Origin: Negaprion brevirostris
Taxonomy: Eukaryota
Assembly: GCA_030324005.1 (NCBI GenBank)
Contig: JARDVH010000193.1
Span: forward strand, 36,076,386 to 36,140,385
Direction of reading: 5' to 3'
Length of the DNA: 64,000 bases
Shown here: positions 63,261-64,000 of the stretch, one piece after another
Position numbering within the stretch: the stretch's first letter is position 1
Layout of the letters: the number at the start of each line of letters is the position of its first letter
Notes under the pieces: model-generated
Seen by the model: only the letters and a program-made list of their open reading frames with translations
What the model was told of the DNA's origin: nothing
The model's database searches: none
Made by a program: the position numbers and the translations under genes

Positions 63261-64000
63261 CAAATTTAACAGTGTATATTGTCTAAACTTTGGGGAAAGT
63301 TGGTATTATTCATTACCTGATCTTTGGGGAATATTAATGCTGTGTGTTCTCTAGATTGTAGGAAGTGATAGAATTATGTTGTCTGAACATTCAGCGATTA
63401 GTTCAACTGTTTTATAAACAGTAGTAGTTTATGTCTGCATTTTGTTAAGCATTGATAACTATATCTACACTGTTTAGCCTGACCCCACAAATTGGATCAA
63501 ATTGCATGTCTCGAATAGAATATTGTGTGACTGGTGTTAATCCCACCTCCGATTTCTTTGTGACCTGTACACTAAAGGACAAAACATTGTGCACTGATGT
63601 ATTTTTCTTGGCATTTTAAAGTGGCCCAGACAGCCAGATTTATTTTCCTAGCAGAAACTGGATGTAGGAGTAGATGTTTTGGGGGAAGGGTGAGGGGATG
63701 GCGTGGGGAGGAGATGACGGCACTGCCCCCTTCCAGACTCCACAGCAGCTGGAATTTCTGAGGCTTTCTGCTGACTAAGTATGTCACTCCACCTTTTGGT
63801 AGTCAGTATGCCTAAATGGTCCATCTGCTAGTGTACTGTGTTTCCTTGGACAAGACTTCAGCCGGGTCATATTGCATTGCACAAATAACTACTGCTTTAT
63901 AATAATTTGTGGAAAATTGAACTAGTCTTATCATGGTGCGTGAGGGGTTGTATTTGAGGATGGTCGGGGGTCAGTGGATGGTGGTGGTGGGTGGAAATGT

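Noticed and set aside
19300-64000. A new multi-gene biological system
   Set aside because: No intact non-transposon coding sequence is visible downstream of CYLD; the content is explained by repeats and candidate regulatory DNA.

Overview
Eukaryotic, repeat-rich, gapped draft sequence. The HE1/V-SINE, DeuSINE, CR1 and Penelope repeats point to a cartilaginous fish, probably a shark (inference). The only supported gene is the 3' end of the K63/M1 deubiquitinase CYLD on the + strand: four coding exons at 7283-7391, 10311-10429, 12277-12493 and 14022-14206, with GT-AG introns, consistent phases, an intact B-box and the catalytic His and Asp. A probable long 3' UTR runs to about 19.2 kb. The remaining ~45 kb is non-coding. 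It is probably the start of the CYLD-SALL1 gene desert (synteny inferred) and holds decayed retroelements, MITEs, solo LTRs and repeat-free blocks that may be conserved enhancers. Almost all listed ORFs are spurious or transposon remnants. I found no new multi-gene system. The most interesting signals are in the mobile DNA: V-SINEs with a second tail resembling a short Rex1-type element, an inverted pair of chimeric Rex1 fragments sharing a non-LINE head, Penelope remnants with minimal hammerhead motifs, and several cleanly bounded tiny insertions. All family assignments were made by eye, and repeat boundaries are approximate unless a TSD is given.
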